From: Candidatus Limnocylindrales bacterium | Lineage (GTDB): Bacteria > Chloroflexota > Limnocylindria > Limnocylindrales > CSP1-4 | NCBI GenBank assembly: GCA_049514315.1 | Contig: JBEKVD010000007.1 | Location: 11,719-75,718, forward strand | Direction: 5' to 3' | Length of the DNA: 64,000 bases | Shown: one piece after another, positions 18,388 to 27,927 of the stretch | Position numbering within the stretch: the stretch's first letter is position 1 | How the letters are laid out: each line of letters begins with the position of its first letter | Translations under genes and position numbers: made by a program | The notes under the pieces: generated by a model | The model's input: only the letters and a program-made list of their open reading frames with translations | Database searches by the model: none | Told to the model about the DNA's origin: nothing

Positions 18388-19379
18388 ATGCCATCGATGA
18401 TCAAGGGCAACGCCGCGGTGTCGGTGTCGTCGTCGTGCAGCAGGATGATCGCGCCGTTCCTGAAATGGCCCGTCTCGAAGACGTTGTGCAACACGAACGC
18501 GACGGTCGACCCTTGCTCGTAGCCACTTGAGTCGATGCTCCAGCCGGCCACCGCGAGGTCATCCCGCCAGGCCGCGGTCACGAAGGCCGAATCGTCGAAG
18601 CCCAGTCCATACGGCGGCCTGACGAACCACTCCCGGTAAGCAGGGTCATTGAGCGCGCTCCGGACGGCCAGCAGCTGAGTATCGAGGTCGCCCTTGATCT
18701 GGAGCACGTCCTGGCCAAGGGGCGATTCATGCACATACGTGTGATTGTCGATTTCGTCACTGTATGAGATCGCCTTCTGCAGGGCCGCGGCTGCGGCCTG
18801 CCGGTAGGCATCGACGAACCTGCCGGCGGGGAAGAGCGTCACCTGGATTCCCGCTGCGTGTGCCGCCTCGAGGTCCAGGTCGATGTTCTTCCAGTTGCGG
18901 CAGTCGTCGATGGTGATGAAGACCTCGGCCTTCGAGAGGTCGCCGTGGAAGAACTCCCGCCCGGGTGCCGGTTTCAGGGCAGCCGGCGACGGGCTGGGCC
19001 ATGGAGCGGCATCACTCGAGCCGGGAACCAGGGTTGGGAGTTCGGTCGTGGAAGCGGTTGGGCTTGTCTCATCAGGCGGGGAGGAGGCGGGGGTGGCCCG
19101 AGTCATCGTCGCGGCGAGCGAGGGGTCGGAAACGCCGGCTGAGGGGTCGGAAACGCCGGCCGAGGGGCCGGAAACGCCGGCCGAGGGGCCGGAAACGCCG
19201 GCCGAGGGGCCGGAAACGCCGGCCGAGGGGCCGGAAACGCCGGCCGAGGGGCCGGCCGGCTGCACCCCGCCCTGGCAACTGCCCGCCAGGACCGCGATTC
19301 CAATTGACAGCAGGAGCGCAGCCGCCCGCACGTTCAGGTGACGAAGACAGCGGCGACCCGTTGCCGACGAAGGCGCCAA
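18330..19379 (-). CDS. Polysaccharide deacetylase (NodB-domain) lipoprotein with heptapeptide repeat linker
   Basis: Lipobox LAGSC after a signal peptide, (GPSAGVS)n repeats, and NodB motifs FITIDDC and NHTYVHE, ...ILLHDD. Confidence 0.78.
   Translation of the reverse strand: MAPSSATGRRCLRHLNVRAAALLLSIGIAVLAGSCQGGVQPAGPSAGVSGPSAGVSGPSAGVSGPSAGVSGPSAGVSDPSAGVSDPSLAATMTRATPASSPPDETSPTASTTELPTLVPGSSDAAPWPSPSPAALKPAPGREFFHGDLSKAEVFITIDDCRNWKNIDLDLEAAHAAGIQVTLFPAGRFVDAYRQAAAAALQKAISYSDEIDNHTYVHESPLGQDVLQIKGDLDTQLLAVRSALNDPAYREWFVRPPYGLGFDDSAFVTAAWRDDLAVAGWSIDSSGYEQGSTVAFVLHNVFETGHFRNGAIILLHDDDTDTAALPLIIDGIYARGLSIGGDLKNILASA
19120..19256. repeat. In-frame 21-bp tandem repeat, about 6.5 copies, inside the deacetylase lipoprotein gene
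   Basis: GAGGGG(T/C)CGGAAACGCCGGC(T/C) is repeated head to tail and encodes GPSAGVS on the minus strand. Confidence 0.95.
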
Positions 19380-19386
19380 CCCTCGA

Positions 19387-20436
19387 TCACACTCCCAGCC
19401 CGAAGAACGCGCGGACCCGGGACCTCATTATCCGGCGGAGAACCTCCGCCGTCCGCTCCGGGCTCCGCTGCCAGTGATGGCGCCACAGCCTGGCTGTCGC
19501 GGCGCAAGTCTGGGCGGCACCCGGCCAGGTCGACGGGGTCAGCCATCGGAACGCCTCGGGATGACTCCAAGCCCACGGGACGAAGGCCCATACGAAGACC
19601 AGGTAGTCGATGCGGAGCGGACGCTGGAACGAGAACAGGACCTGGAGCTGGACGAGCGTCTGGGGCAGCGTCAGGGCAGTGAGGAGGAGAGCGAATACCA
19701 GCCAGGCCAGGCCCCACAGCCGTCCTCGTGGCGACAGGATCAGCCAGAAGACGGCCGGCGCCCACTTGAGGGTGGTTGCCACCATCCAGAGCAGCCCGGC
19801 CAGCACCGGTCCCGAGAACTGTGCCCCGAAGAGCAGAAGCGCCAAGGGCAGGTTGATGTTGCCCGTGTCCAGGTTCGCGGCCAGCGGGAAGGCCAGCAGG
19901 ACGAGCAGGATCGCCGTCGTCATCGGCCGGCGCTGATAGGCCCAATGCACGCTCCACAGCAGGCCGATGACCGTCGCGCCGCGCCACACGAACCAGGCCA
20001 CGTCCCAGGGCAGGATCGACCACGGCACGAACAGCGGCAACATCCAGGGCGCGTAGACGTAGGGCATGAACGGACCCGACGGGTGGTACGGGTCGCCGCC
20101 GTTGAGCCATAGCCGACCTGCGGCCCAGTAGGCACGAGTGTCGGCCCCGGCAGCGTCGCCCCGGGCGATCAGCCCGGCCAGCAGGACGCCGCCCACCAGG
20201 CCGAGGATGATCATCAGCGTCATCCGCCGCGGGTCGCGGATGCGATTGACCTCGCGGCGCAGGGCCCGGCGGAAAACCCCTGCGCGGCGCCGGGTGGGTT
20301 CGTCCACCCGGACCGCGGCCGGGAGATTCGTGAGTCGCTCGGAAATGCGCTCCCTCCGAGAGGTTCCGGGCTCTCCCGGTCGTGGCCCGACGGGGGTCGC
20401 CTCTCCGGCTGCGGCCGGGCGGTCGCCGGCGGTCAT
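19387..20436 (-). CDS. Polytopic membrane protein, GT87/DUF2029-like glycosyltransferase candidate
   Basis: About 9 TM segments and an N-terminal region RAYWAAGRLWLNGGDPYH...YVYAPW that resembles polyprenyl-phosphate-dependent GT-C enzymes. It ends 8 nt upstream of the deacetylase gene. Confidence 0.45.
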   Translation of the reverse strand: MTAGDRPAAAGEATPVGPRPGEPGTSRRERISERLTNLPAAVRVDEPTRRRAGVFRRALRREVNRIRDPRRMTLMIILGLVGGVLLAGLIARGDAAGADTRAYWAAGRLWLNGGDPYHPSGPFMPYVYAPWMLPLFVPWSILPWDVAWFVWRGATVIGLLWSVHWAYQRRPMTTAILLVLLAFPLAANLDTGNINLPLALLLFGAQFSGPVLAGLLWMVATTLKWAPAVFWLILSPRGRLWGLAWLVFALLLTALTLPQTLVQLQVLFSFQRPLRIDYLVFVWAFVPWAWSHPEAFRWLTPSTWPGAAQTCAATARLWRHHWQRSPERTAEVLRRIMRSRVRAFFGLGV

Positions 20437-20654
20437 GGGGCGGCCGGAAGGGCAGGGCGGCTCGACCCCGCCGCCGAACGGCGCAGTGGATCGGCGCGAA
20501 GCAGTACGACGAGGCGTACCGGCACGACCGTCTCCTCCTGCAGATGAGCTGGATTGATGATGCGAGCCTGAGCCCGGGGGTGCAAGGAGTCAGTCGACCG
20601 GGATCGCATGCCGCGCCGCCCCACCGCGGTCAAACCCGATCGAGCCGAACACGG

Positions 20655-20924
20655 CTAGCGCAGGTAGGTCTTGCCGCAGGTGTCGCAAAGCGCGTACACG
20701 GCATGAGCATTTCGCGCGTAGCCTGCCTCATGGAGCAGGCCGGGGCAGCCTCGGCCGGGGCATTTCCAGACCCATCGACGGTCTTCATCGGGCAGGCCGA
20801 TCGATTCTGCGTTCACCTTGTCGGCCAGGCCCTCGTGGTCGGCGATGGTTCGCGCGACGGCGAGGGCACGTTCCGAGTCGCTCTCGCTGGAATAGGGGTG
20901 GTTCTGGGCGATGTTCGACGACAC
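20655..20924 (-). CDS. Small zinc-ribbon protein (hypothetical)
   Basis: GTG start with GGAG at 7 nt spacing. Two Cys pairs are present (CPGRGC ... CDTC). Composition is normal. Confidence 0.5.
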   Translation of the reverse strand: MSSNIAQNHPYSSESDSERALAVARTIADHEGLADKVNAESIGLPDEDRRWVWKCPGRGCPGLLHEAGYARNAHAVYALCDTCGKTYLR

Positions 20925-21168
20925 GGCCGTACTCCGCGCTTTCCCGCTCGAATCGGTCTCCGGACGGCACCGGTGGCGCGGGCGGTGTGAGCGCGGCGGG
21001 CCACCGGCGATTCGAGTATAGACCCCGCCCCGGCTGGGTCCGAAAGGATTGGCTGGCGGCGTGAACCCTGGCTTCGACCGGGTGGGTACCGGTCGAAGCG
21101 GTGGTAGACGTCAACATGACGCTGTCGGCCGCACGACCGATCGATCGCACCCGCTAGGCTATGGCCCG

Positions 21169-22548
21169 ATGAATCGCTCGATCGTCTCGATGCTGCTGGC
21201 CACGTTCGTGCTGCGCGTCAGCACGGCGGTCACGGGCATCATGCTCGTCTTCCTCGTCGATGAGATGACCCGCCACCGCGGAACCGGGCCGGCAGAGATC
21301 TCCCTCCTGACCGGCGGTTTCTACACCACCGAGCTGGCCGGGGCGATCGTCTTCGGCGTGCTGGCCGACCGCTACGGTCGCAAGGTGATCATGCTGCTTG
21401 GCCCGCTCTTCGGCGGCATCGCCGTGTTCATGACGGGCCTGACCACGCACCTGCCGGTCCTGTTCGTGACGCGCCTGCTCGAGGGCGGTTCCACCGCCGC
21501 GTCAATTCCCTCGACCCTCGGCTTCATCGCCGCCGAGACCGCCGACGACGAGGCGCTTCGCGGTCGAGTGGTCTCCCTCTTCGAGTTCGTCTCGCTCGGC
21601 GGGATGCTGGCCATCGGCCCGGCCCTGGGCGCCGTCCTGTGGGACGCCCTCGGGCGGGGGGCATTCTTCCTCAACTGCGGCCTCTATGCGGTCGCCCTGT
21701 GCCTGTACGCGTACGGCGTCTACGAAGTTCCGCGAGCTCTCCGGGCCCACATCTCAGCGCCGGCTGCTGCGCCCACGCAGGGCGTCGACTGGTCGCGCTT
21801 CTGGCGGATCGCGACCAGTCGCAAAGTCCTCCTGTTCGCGCCGACGTGGCTGGCCGTGAACGCCATCCTTGGGCTGTGGGCCCTGCACGCCCCGCTCCTG
21901 CTCCGAGGCAACATCCACGATCCGAGCCAGTACCTGATGCAGGGCGTCTCGGCCAAGACCATCGGCTTCGGTGAGGCCGTCCTGGCCGTCGTCTTCGGAG
22001 CCGGCCTGCTCTTCTGGGGGACTGTCTACGCCCGGTTCCGGCGGACGACGATGCTGCTCGTGGGTGTTTGTGCCTTTGTCGTGATGGCTTTCGACGTTCT
22101 GGCCATCAACCACCTCGGCGGCACGTCCACGGTTCTCCTGTTCGCCCTTGGGGGAGTGGCGGTGATCGCGCTTTTCGTTCTATCGGGCGCCACTCCGGCC
22201 GCGCTCGGGCTTCTGGCCGACGTGAGCGAGGGTTTCGAAGAGGATCGCAGCGCGATCATGGGCCTCTATTCGGTCTTCCTCGGCGTGGGCCAGGTCATCG
22301 GAGCGGCCATCGGCGGCGTTGCCGCCTCGTGGAAGGGCATAGACGGGTTGCTCGTCGCTACCGGCGGCCTGCTGGCGGTCGGTCTGGCGGCGTTGCTGAA
22401 CCTTCGGGCGCACGAGGGCGGAATCCTTACCGGGACGGGCCACGGGGGCGCGCCGCCGTCGATTCGTGACTCGATGCGGGTTACTCTTTCGGTGGCCCCG
22501 GCCCGGGTGCCGCAGCCAACTCCACGGGCAATCGAGGAGGAGCCGTGA
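21169..22548 (+). CDS. MFS transporter (12-TMS)
   Basis: Motif GVLADRYGRKVIMLLG (MFS motif A) and about 12 TM segments. The N-terminal part of ORF 21049.. is discarded as non-hydrophobic leader. Confidence 0.8.
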   Translation: MNRSIVSMLLATFVLRVSTAVTGIMLVFLVDEMTRHRGTGPAEISLLTGGFYTTELAGAIVFGVLADRYGRKVIMLLGPLFGGIAVFMTGLTTHLPVLFVTRLLEGGSTAASIPSTLGFIAAETADDEALRGRVVSLFEFVSLGGMLAIGPALGAVLWDALGRGAFFLNCGLYAVALCLYAYGVYEVPRALRAHISAPAAAPTQGVDWSRFWRIATSRKVLLFAPTWLAVNAILGLWALHAPLLLRGNIHDPSQYLMQGVSAKTIGFGEAVLAVVFGAGLLFWGTVYARFRRTTMLLVGVCAFVVMAFDVLAINHLGGTSTVLLFALGGVAVIALFVLSGATPAALGLLADVSEGFEEDRSAIMGLYSVFLGVGQVIGAAIGGVAASWKGIDGLLVATGGLLAVGLAALLNLRAHEGGILTGTGHGGAPPSIRDSMRVTLSVAPARVPQPTPRAIEEEP

Positions 22549-23399
22549 CCGTCGCCATCGTCGCCGATTCGGGCTCCGACCTTACACCAGCGCAGCTCCT
22601 CGAGACCGGCATCCGGCAGGTTCCCCTGTCGGTATCGTTCGGCCCACGGGCCTACCTCTCCCCGGACGAGCTTGCGCCGGACGTCTTCTGGGAGAAGGTC
22701 CGCGCTCCCGGCAGCCCATTCCCTCATACCGCCGCAGCGAGCGTCGGTCAGTACAAGCAGGCGTTCGAGGGAGCCTTCGCCGATGGGCACGATGCGATCG
22801 TCTGCGTCTGCCTGTCCGAGGCCCTGTCGGCGACGATCCAGCACGCTCGGATGGCCAGGGAATTGCTCCCGGACCGTCCGATCTTCGTCCTCGATTCCAG
22901 GCTGGCCTCGATGGCCCTGGGTGCCATGGCCCTCCGCGGTGCCGCCCTGGCCGCCTCGGGCATGTCGGCCGAGGAGATCTGCCGACGGCTGTCCACGCTG
23001 CGTGAGAGCCTCGGTCTGTACGTGGCGCTGGACACGCTCGACTACCTGCGCAAGGGCGGCCGCATCAGCCACGCCAGGGCTGCCATCGGCGGCTTGCTCT
23101 CGATCAAGCCGATCATCACCCTGGAGGACGGTTGGGTGGTCGTCGCCGACCGGCCCCGGACGCGCTCGAAGGCCACTGAACGGATCCTCGAACTCATGAC
23201 GGCCACACCCGTGACGGAGCTCCACCTGCTCTACACGCCGCCCGCGGACATCGATGCGTTCCGCGGGGCCGTGCTGGCCAGGATGCCCGGGCCGGCGCCG
23301 AAGGTCGTCACCTCCCAGGTCATGGGGCCGGTCATCGGGTCCCATGTCGGGCCGGGCGCGTACGGCGGCATCCTGGTCCGAGACGTCCGGTCAGCCTGA
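22545..23399 (+). CDS. DegV family fatty-acid-binding protein
   Basis: VAIVADSGSDLTPAQ...DSRLASMALG...LRKGGRIS pattern. GTGA overlap with the upstream MFS gene. Confidence 0.85.
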   Translation: MTVAIVADSGSDLTPAQLLETGIRQVPLSVSFGPRAYLSPDELAPDVFWEKVRAPGSPFPHTAAASVGQYKQAFEGAFADGHDAIVCVCLSEALSATIQHARMARELLPDRPIFVLDSRLASMALGAMALRGAALAASGMSAEEICRRLSTLRESLGLYVALDTLDYLRKGGRISHARAAIGGLLSIKPIITLEDGWVVVADRPRTRSKATERILELMTATPVTELHLLYTPPADIDAFRGAVLARMPGPAPKVVTSQVMGPVIGSHVGPGAYGGILVRDVRSA

Positions 23400-23692
23400 G
23401 GGCGAGTGGTCATCAGGGCTATCGATTCATTTGGCAAATCGATGCTTACGGTGTCGGAACGTTAGGCCATACAGACCGCTCGCCGATGACATCGGGTAGT
23501 GCTCGCTCCCTGGCGGGAAGGCTATATACTCGGGATCAAGTCGAACCTGCGGTGCTGCTTTCCGGGCTCAAGCGGAAGGCCACCGCGACGTTGTCGGGAA
23601 GTCGAGGCGTGGGCGCCGCCTGCCGGCACAGTCGAGCCGGCAGGGCAATCGACACTCACTCGTCGGTCCCGGCTCTGGAGGGTATCCGGCCG

Positions 23693-24961
23693 ATGGCGAC
23701 CGAGCAGACGATCGCTCGTGCGATCAACGCATGGGATGTCGCCCAGCAGCAGTTCGATCTGGCTGCCGAGCATCTCAATCTCTCACCGGGACTTCGCAAG
23801 ATCCTGCGGGAGCCCAGGCGCGAGCTCACCGTCCACTTCCCGGTGAAGATGGACGACGGTTCCGTCCAGGTCTTCACGGGCTATCGAGTCCAACACAACC
23901 TCAGCCGCGGCCCGGCCAAGGGTGGCATCCGGTATCACCAGGACGTGACCCTCGACGAGGTCAAGGCCCTGGCGATGTGGATGACCTGGAAGTGCGCGGT
24001 CGTCGGCATCCCGTACGGCGGCGGCAAGGGCGGCGTTATCGTCGACCCCAAGAAGCTGAGCCAGCGCGAGATCGAGGGTCTGACCCGGCGCTTCGCGACC
24101 GAGATCAGCATCATCATCGGCCCGGAGCGGGACATCCCGGCCCCCGACGTCAACACCAACTCCCAGACCATGGCCTGGATCATGGACACGTACTCGATGC
24201 ACGTCGGGTACACCGTCCCGGCCGTCGTCACGGGCAAGCCGATCCCGCTCGGCGGTTCCGAGGGTCGCAACGAAGCCACAGCCCAGGGCGCGGTCTACAC
24301 GCTCGAAGATGCCGCCAAGCATCTCGGCATGCAACTGCCCAGGTGCACCGTCACGGTCCAGGGCTTCGGTAACGCCGGCGCCATTGCCGCCCAGCTGATG
24401 TACGCGCAGGGCTCGAAGATCATCGCCGTCAGCGACTCCACCGGCGGCATCTACGGGCCGGATGGCTTCGACCCGAATGCGGTCCTGGCCTGGAAGAAGG
24501 AGCACCATTCGGTGCGCGGCTTCCCCGGCACGGCGGACATCAGCAACTTGGAGCTCCTCGAGCTCGATTGCGATGTCCTGATCCCCGCCGCCCTGGAGAA
24601 CGTGATCACGGCCGAGAATGCCGGCCGGATCAAGGCTCGCCTGATCGGCGAGGCCGCCAACGGCCCGACCACTCCCGAGGCGGACGAGATCCTCTACCGG
24701 AACGGCAAGTTCGTGATCCCCGACATTCTCTGCAATGCCGGCGGCGTCACGGTCAGCTACTTCGAGTGGGTCCAGGACCTCGATCGCGACTTCTGGAGCA
24801 TCGATCAGGTCAACGCGAAGCTGCGGACGATCATGACCAAGGCTTTCGCGAGCACCCTGGAGATGAGCCTCAAGGAGAAGGTCAACATGCGCACGGCGGC
24901 CTACATGGTCGCCGTCCAGCGCGTCGCCGATGCGACCTCCGTCCGCGGCTTGTACCCGTAG
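23693..24961 (+). CDS. gdhA: Glutamate dehydrogenase (Glu/Leu/Phe/Val dehydrogenase family)
   Basis: KGGIRYH...MTWKCAVVGIPYGGGKGG and the NAD(P) fold GFGNAGA. ATG 23693 is preceded by GGAGGG. Confidence 0.92.
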   Translation: MATEQTIARAINAWDVAQQQFDLAAEHLNLSPGLRKILREPRRELTVHFPVKMDDGSVQVFTGYRVQHNLSRGPAKGGIRYHQDVTLDEVKALAMWMTWKCAVVGIPYGGGKGGVIVDPKKLSQREIEGLTRRFATEISIIIGPERDIPAPDVNTNSQTMAWIMDTYSMHVGYTVPAVVTGKPIPLGGSEGRNEATAQGAVYTLEDAAKHLGMQLPRCTVTVQGFGNAGAIAAQLMYAQGSKIIAVSDSTGGIYGPDGFDPNAVLAWKKEHHSVRGFPGTADISNLELLELDCDVLIPAALENVITAENAGRIKARLIGEAANGPTTPEADEILYRNGKFVIPDILCNAGGVTVSYFEWVQDLDRDFWSIDQVNAKLRTIMTKAFASTLEMSLKEKVNMRTAAYMVAVQRVADATSVRGLYP

Positions 24962-24990
24962 ATCGATCCTCCCGACCCAGCTCATCAACG

Positions 24991-25035
24991 GCCCCGGCGC
25001 ACCCCTCGCGTCGGGGCCGGTTCCTCTTCTCGCGG
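24991..25035 (+). terminator. Candidate terminator hairpin after gdh
   Basis: GGCCCCG-15 nt-CGGGGCC followed by the T-rich GGTTCCTCTTCTC. Confidence 0.4.
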
Positions 25036-25168
25036 ATCGCCCGGCCCCGGCAGCGGACGGCCGCTCCGAGGCGTTCGCCGGTGCTACGATCCCACGGCTG
25101 AAGCCTGGCGCCTGCCGACCGAGCCATCAGGCGTCGCGGACCCGAAGCCGTTCGGCATAGGAGCCTCA

Positions 25169-25774
25169 ATGCTCGACCACGAAGAGAAGTTCCTGTTCAA
25201 GGAAGAGACGCTCCACCTGGCCAACACCCTCGCCGAGCCGGGCGTGCTGGACAACGTCGAGGACCTGTTGACCGACGTCATCACGAGCCCTCGATTCGAC
25301 TCCGAGGTGTTCACCCTCGAGCGGTCGCTCCAGGTGATGCTCGGCGCGCGGGCCGGTGCCACCCTGGTGGGACTCCTGACCGTGACGCCGGAAGTCTTCG
25401 ATGAAACGGCCGAGGTCCGAATACCGCCCGAGGTCCAGGAACGCATGATCGCCTGGCGGGCTCGCTTTGGCCTGGCCATCGACAACGCCCTCAACTACCT
25501 GAACAACCCCGATGGCATCCAGGGCCACAACTTCTCGACCCAGGTTTCCCACGCCGATGAGCGCCAGGTCCTGCAGGGCCGGCTGACGCTGGTCCGGTAC
25601 AACAACGAACCGCAGTTCTTCCTGGCCGATGCCGGGGTCTTCCTCGGGCTCGTCGTCGACATCCTGGAGCGGCTCGGCCCGTACCTGGGCACCGAGACGG
25701 TCGATGCGGAAATGCTCGGTCGGTTGCGCGACGCGGTCCAGCTGGTGGAACGCAAGACGGCGACGAGGGACTGA
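25169..25774 (+). CDS. Hypothetical protein (no recognisable domain)
   Basis: ATG preceded by AGGAG. The composition is balanced (F, Y, N, K, E present), in contrast to the overlapping Arg/Pro-rich frames. Confidence 0.6.
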   Translation: MLDHEEKFLFKEETLHLANTLAEPGVLDNVEDLLTDVITSPRFDSEVFTLERSLQVMLGARAGATLVGLLTVTPEVFDETAEVRIPPEVQERMIAWRARFGLAIDNALNYLNNPDGIQGHNFSTQVSHADERQVLQGRLTLVRYNNEPQFFLADAGVFLGLVVDILERLGPYLGTETVDAEMLGRLRDAVQLVERKTATRD

Positions 25775-25854
25775 CCCGGCGGCGTCGGCGCAGCGGAGCG
25801 GTGGGGTTCACCAGGGTGCTCTCGGCGGCGGCTGCCGCTACCGCCGAGATCGTT

Positions 25855-26937
25855 TCATGCTCCGGCGACCGCATCCCGGCGGCGTGCCCGACGCAGCACG
25901 CGGCGGGTCAACCAGAGGATCCCGAACAGGACGAAGGCCCCGAACGCGACCGGCAGGACTACCACGAGGATCCACACCGCGATCGTTGCGAGGCCCTGGC
26001 CGATTCGCACCAGCGCCGCACCGGCCTGATCGATCTGGCTGCCGAGCGTCCAGTCCTCGGTTGCCTGGACCGTCACCGTCGTGGTCGGCAGCTGGAACGT
26101 GACCGTGAGCGTGCTCATGGCCGCCTGGTCAGTGAGATGGTCACGCTCGGCGGTCAGTTCCTCGATCTGGCCCTGAGTGTCGCTGAGCTGGTTCTCGACC
26201 GCGAGCACGTCGGCGATGAGGGTGGCCCGGGCCATGATCGCCTGAAGGGCCGCCTCGGTCGACTTCAGGTTGCTGAGGCGAGCGTTGAGATCGATGACCT
26301 GTGAGGTGACGTCGGTGGAGCCGGTCTGCTCCGACAGAACCTTCACGCCGATCTTGCCGACGGCCGCCAGGGCCTGGTCCCACTTGCCCGCCGGCAGCCG
26401 ATAAGTGACTGACGCCGTCGCGTCGTTGCCGGTGCCGGATCGATTCGACTGGTCGACGTACCCGCCGAGACCTACGATCGCCGATTGCGCCTGGGTGAGG
26501 GCGCCGTCGATGTCATTGACCTCGAGGCTGATCTGGCCGGTCTTGACGATCTGAGCGGCGTCGACCGAGGCCAGCAGCTGGCTCTGGCCGCCACCCGCGG
26601 CAGGAGCGCTCGAGGCGCTCGGAACGCCCTGGAACGTGCCCGAGCCATTCTCATCGACGCCGAGGGCGGCAGGGCCCGCGGTCGCGGCGGCGAGCTGCTT
26701 GCCGGCCAGGGCAGCCCGCGAGTCGGCTTGCGCGCCGGGGGTCGGAGGGCCGCCGGCGACGTAGGCGCCGCCGATGAGTGCCGCGATGGCGGCAAGGGCC
26801 AGCAGCCCGGCGATCCGGCCGCGGCCAAGTCGAGACCGGACGGCCCGGCCGAAAGGGCGGTGCTTGCCGGCGGGTGGGTCCGTTGGAGCTCCAGGTCCTG
26901 GACCGTTGTCGGTTGCGTAGATGTCGATGTCGGCCAC
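25855..26937 (-). CDS. DUF4349 domain membrane-anchored protein
   Basis: N-terminal TM, then IVKTGQISLEVNDIDGALTQAQ...YRLPAGKWDQAL...LNARLSNLKSTEAAL, a coiled coil and a C-terminal TM. This is the typical DUF4349 layout. Confidence 0.65.
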   Translation of the reverse strand: MADIDIYATDNGPGPGAPTDPPAGKHRPFGRAVRSRLGRGRIAGLLALAAIAALIGGAYVAGGPPTPGAQADSRAALAGKQLAAATAGPAALGVDENGSGTFQGVPSASSAPAAGGGQSQLLASVDAAQIVKTGQISLEVNDIDGALTQAQSAIVGLGGYVDQSNRSGTGNDATASVTYRLPAGKWDQALAAVGKIGVKVLSEQTGSTDVTSQVIDLNARLSNLKSTEAALQAIMARATLIADVLAVENQLSDTQGQIEELTAERDHLTDQAAMSTLTVTFQLPTTTVTVQATEDWTLGSQIDQAGAALVRIGQGLATIAVWILVVVLPVAFGAFVLFGILWLTRRVLRRARRRDAVAGA

Positions 26938-27071
26938 GGTTCCGCCCTCCGGGTGTATGCGTGCGTCGAGAGATCTGCTTCTGGAGCCTCAGACGTCGGG
27001 GCGGCAGCGGCGGTTCCTCGGGCCGTACCGCGGTCGTGGCGCCGGTCAGGGCAACGGCCGCGCTCAACCTG

Positions 27072-27923
27072 CTACGGCAGCGGCTCGTTGTCGATAAGGC
27101 GAACGGATCCGAAGCGGACGGCCATCGAGAGCAGCGCCCGGCCGTCGACCCGAGCCAGCTCCCGCAGCGTGGCCGGGTCGGCACAGCTGACGTACTCGGG
27201 CGCCGCCAGCGGCTCCGTGGAGAGGACATCGCGCATCGTTGCTCGAAGCGCCTCCCCGGCCATTTCGCCGGCCTCATAGCGGTTTCGGGCGGCCAGCAGG
27301 GCGCGTCGCAGGACCGGAGCGGCCAGCCGCTGCTCCGCGGTCAACCGGGCGTTGCGCGAGCTCAGGGCCAGGCCGTCCGGCTCGCGCACGATCGGGCAGG
27401 CGACGATCTCGGTGTCGATCCCGAGGTCGAGGGCCATGCGCCGGATCACGAGCAGCTGCTGAGCATCCTTCTGCCCGAAGTAGGCGCGCTCCGCCCCGGC
27501 CAGCCCGAGCAGGATCGCGACGACGGTGGTCACGCCTTCGAAGTGGCCCGGCCGCGCCTCACCTTCGAGCGGTTCGGTCAGCTCGCCGACGCGGACGGAG
27601 GTCTGAAACCCGGCCGGGTAGATCTCCTCGACCGGCGGCACGAACACCAGGTCAGCGCCGGCAGCACCGCAGGCGGCCAGGTCGGCGGCCTCGTCGCGGG
27701 GGTACTTCTCGAAGTCGACGGCCTCGTTGAACTGGCGGGGGTTGACGAAGATGGTGACCAGGACCGTGCGGCTCTCGGCCCGGGCACGCTTGATCAGAGA
27801 GACATGGCCCTCATGCAGCGCGCCCATCGTCGGCACGAGGCCGATCGGACGGGCTGAGGCAGCCAGGGCGGCCCTCAGTCCCGCCCGCGTCCGGACGACT
27901 CGCAGGAGCGCCGGGTACGCCAC
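27072..27923 (-). CDS. panC: Pantoate--beta-alanine ligase
   Basis: VPTMGALHEGHVSLI (HIGH-like motif). GTG 27923 lies 4 nt after the panB stop. Confidence 0.9.
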   Translation of the reverse strand: MAYPALLRVVRTRAGLRAALAASARPIGLVPTMGALHEGHVSLIKRARAESRTVLVTIFVNPRQFNEAVDFEKYPRDEAADLAACGAAGADLVFVPPVEEIYPAGFQTSVRVGELTEPLEGEARPGHFEGVTTVVAILLGLAGAERAYFGQKDAQQLLVIRRMALDLGIDTEIVACPIVREPDGLALSSRNARLTAEQRLAAPVLRRALLAARNRYEAGEMAGEALRATMRDVLSTEPLAAPEYVSCADPATLRELARVDGRALLSMAVRFGSVRLIDNEPLP

Positions 27924-27927
27924 TGCC

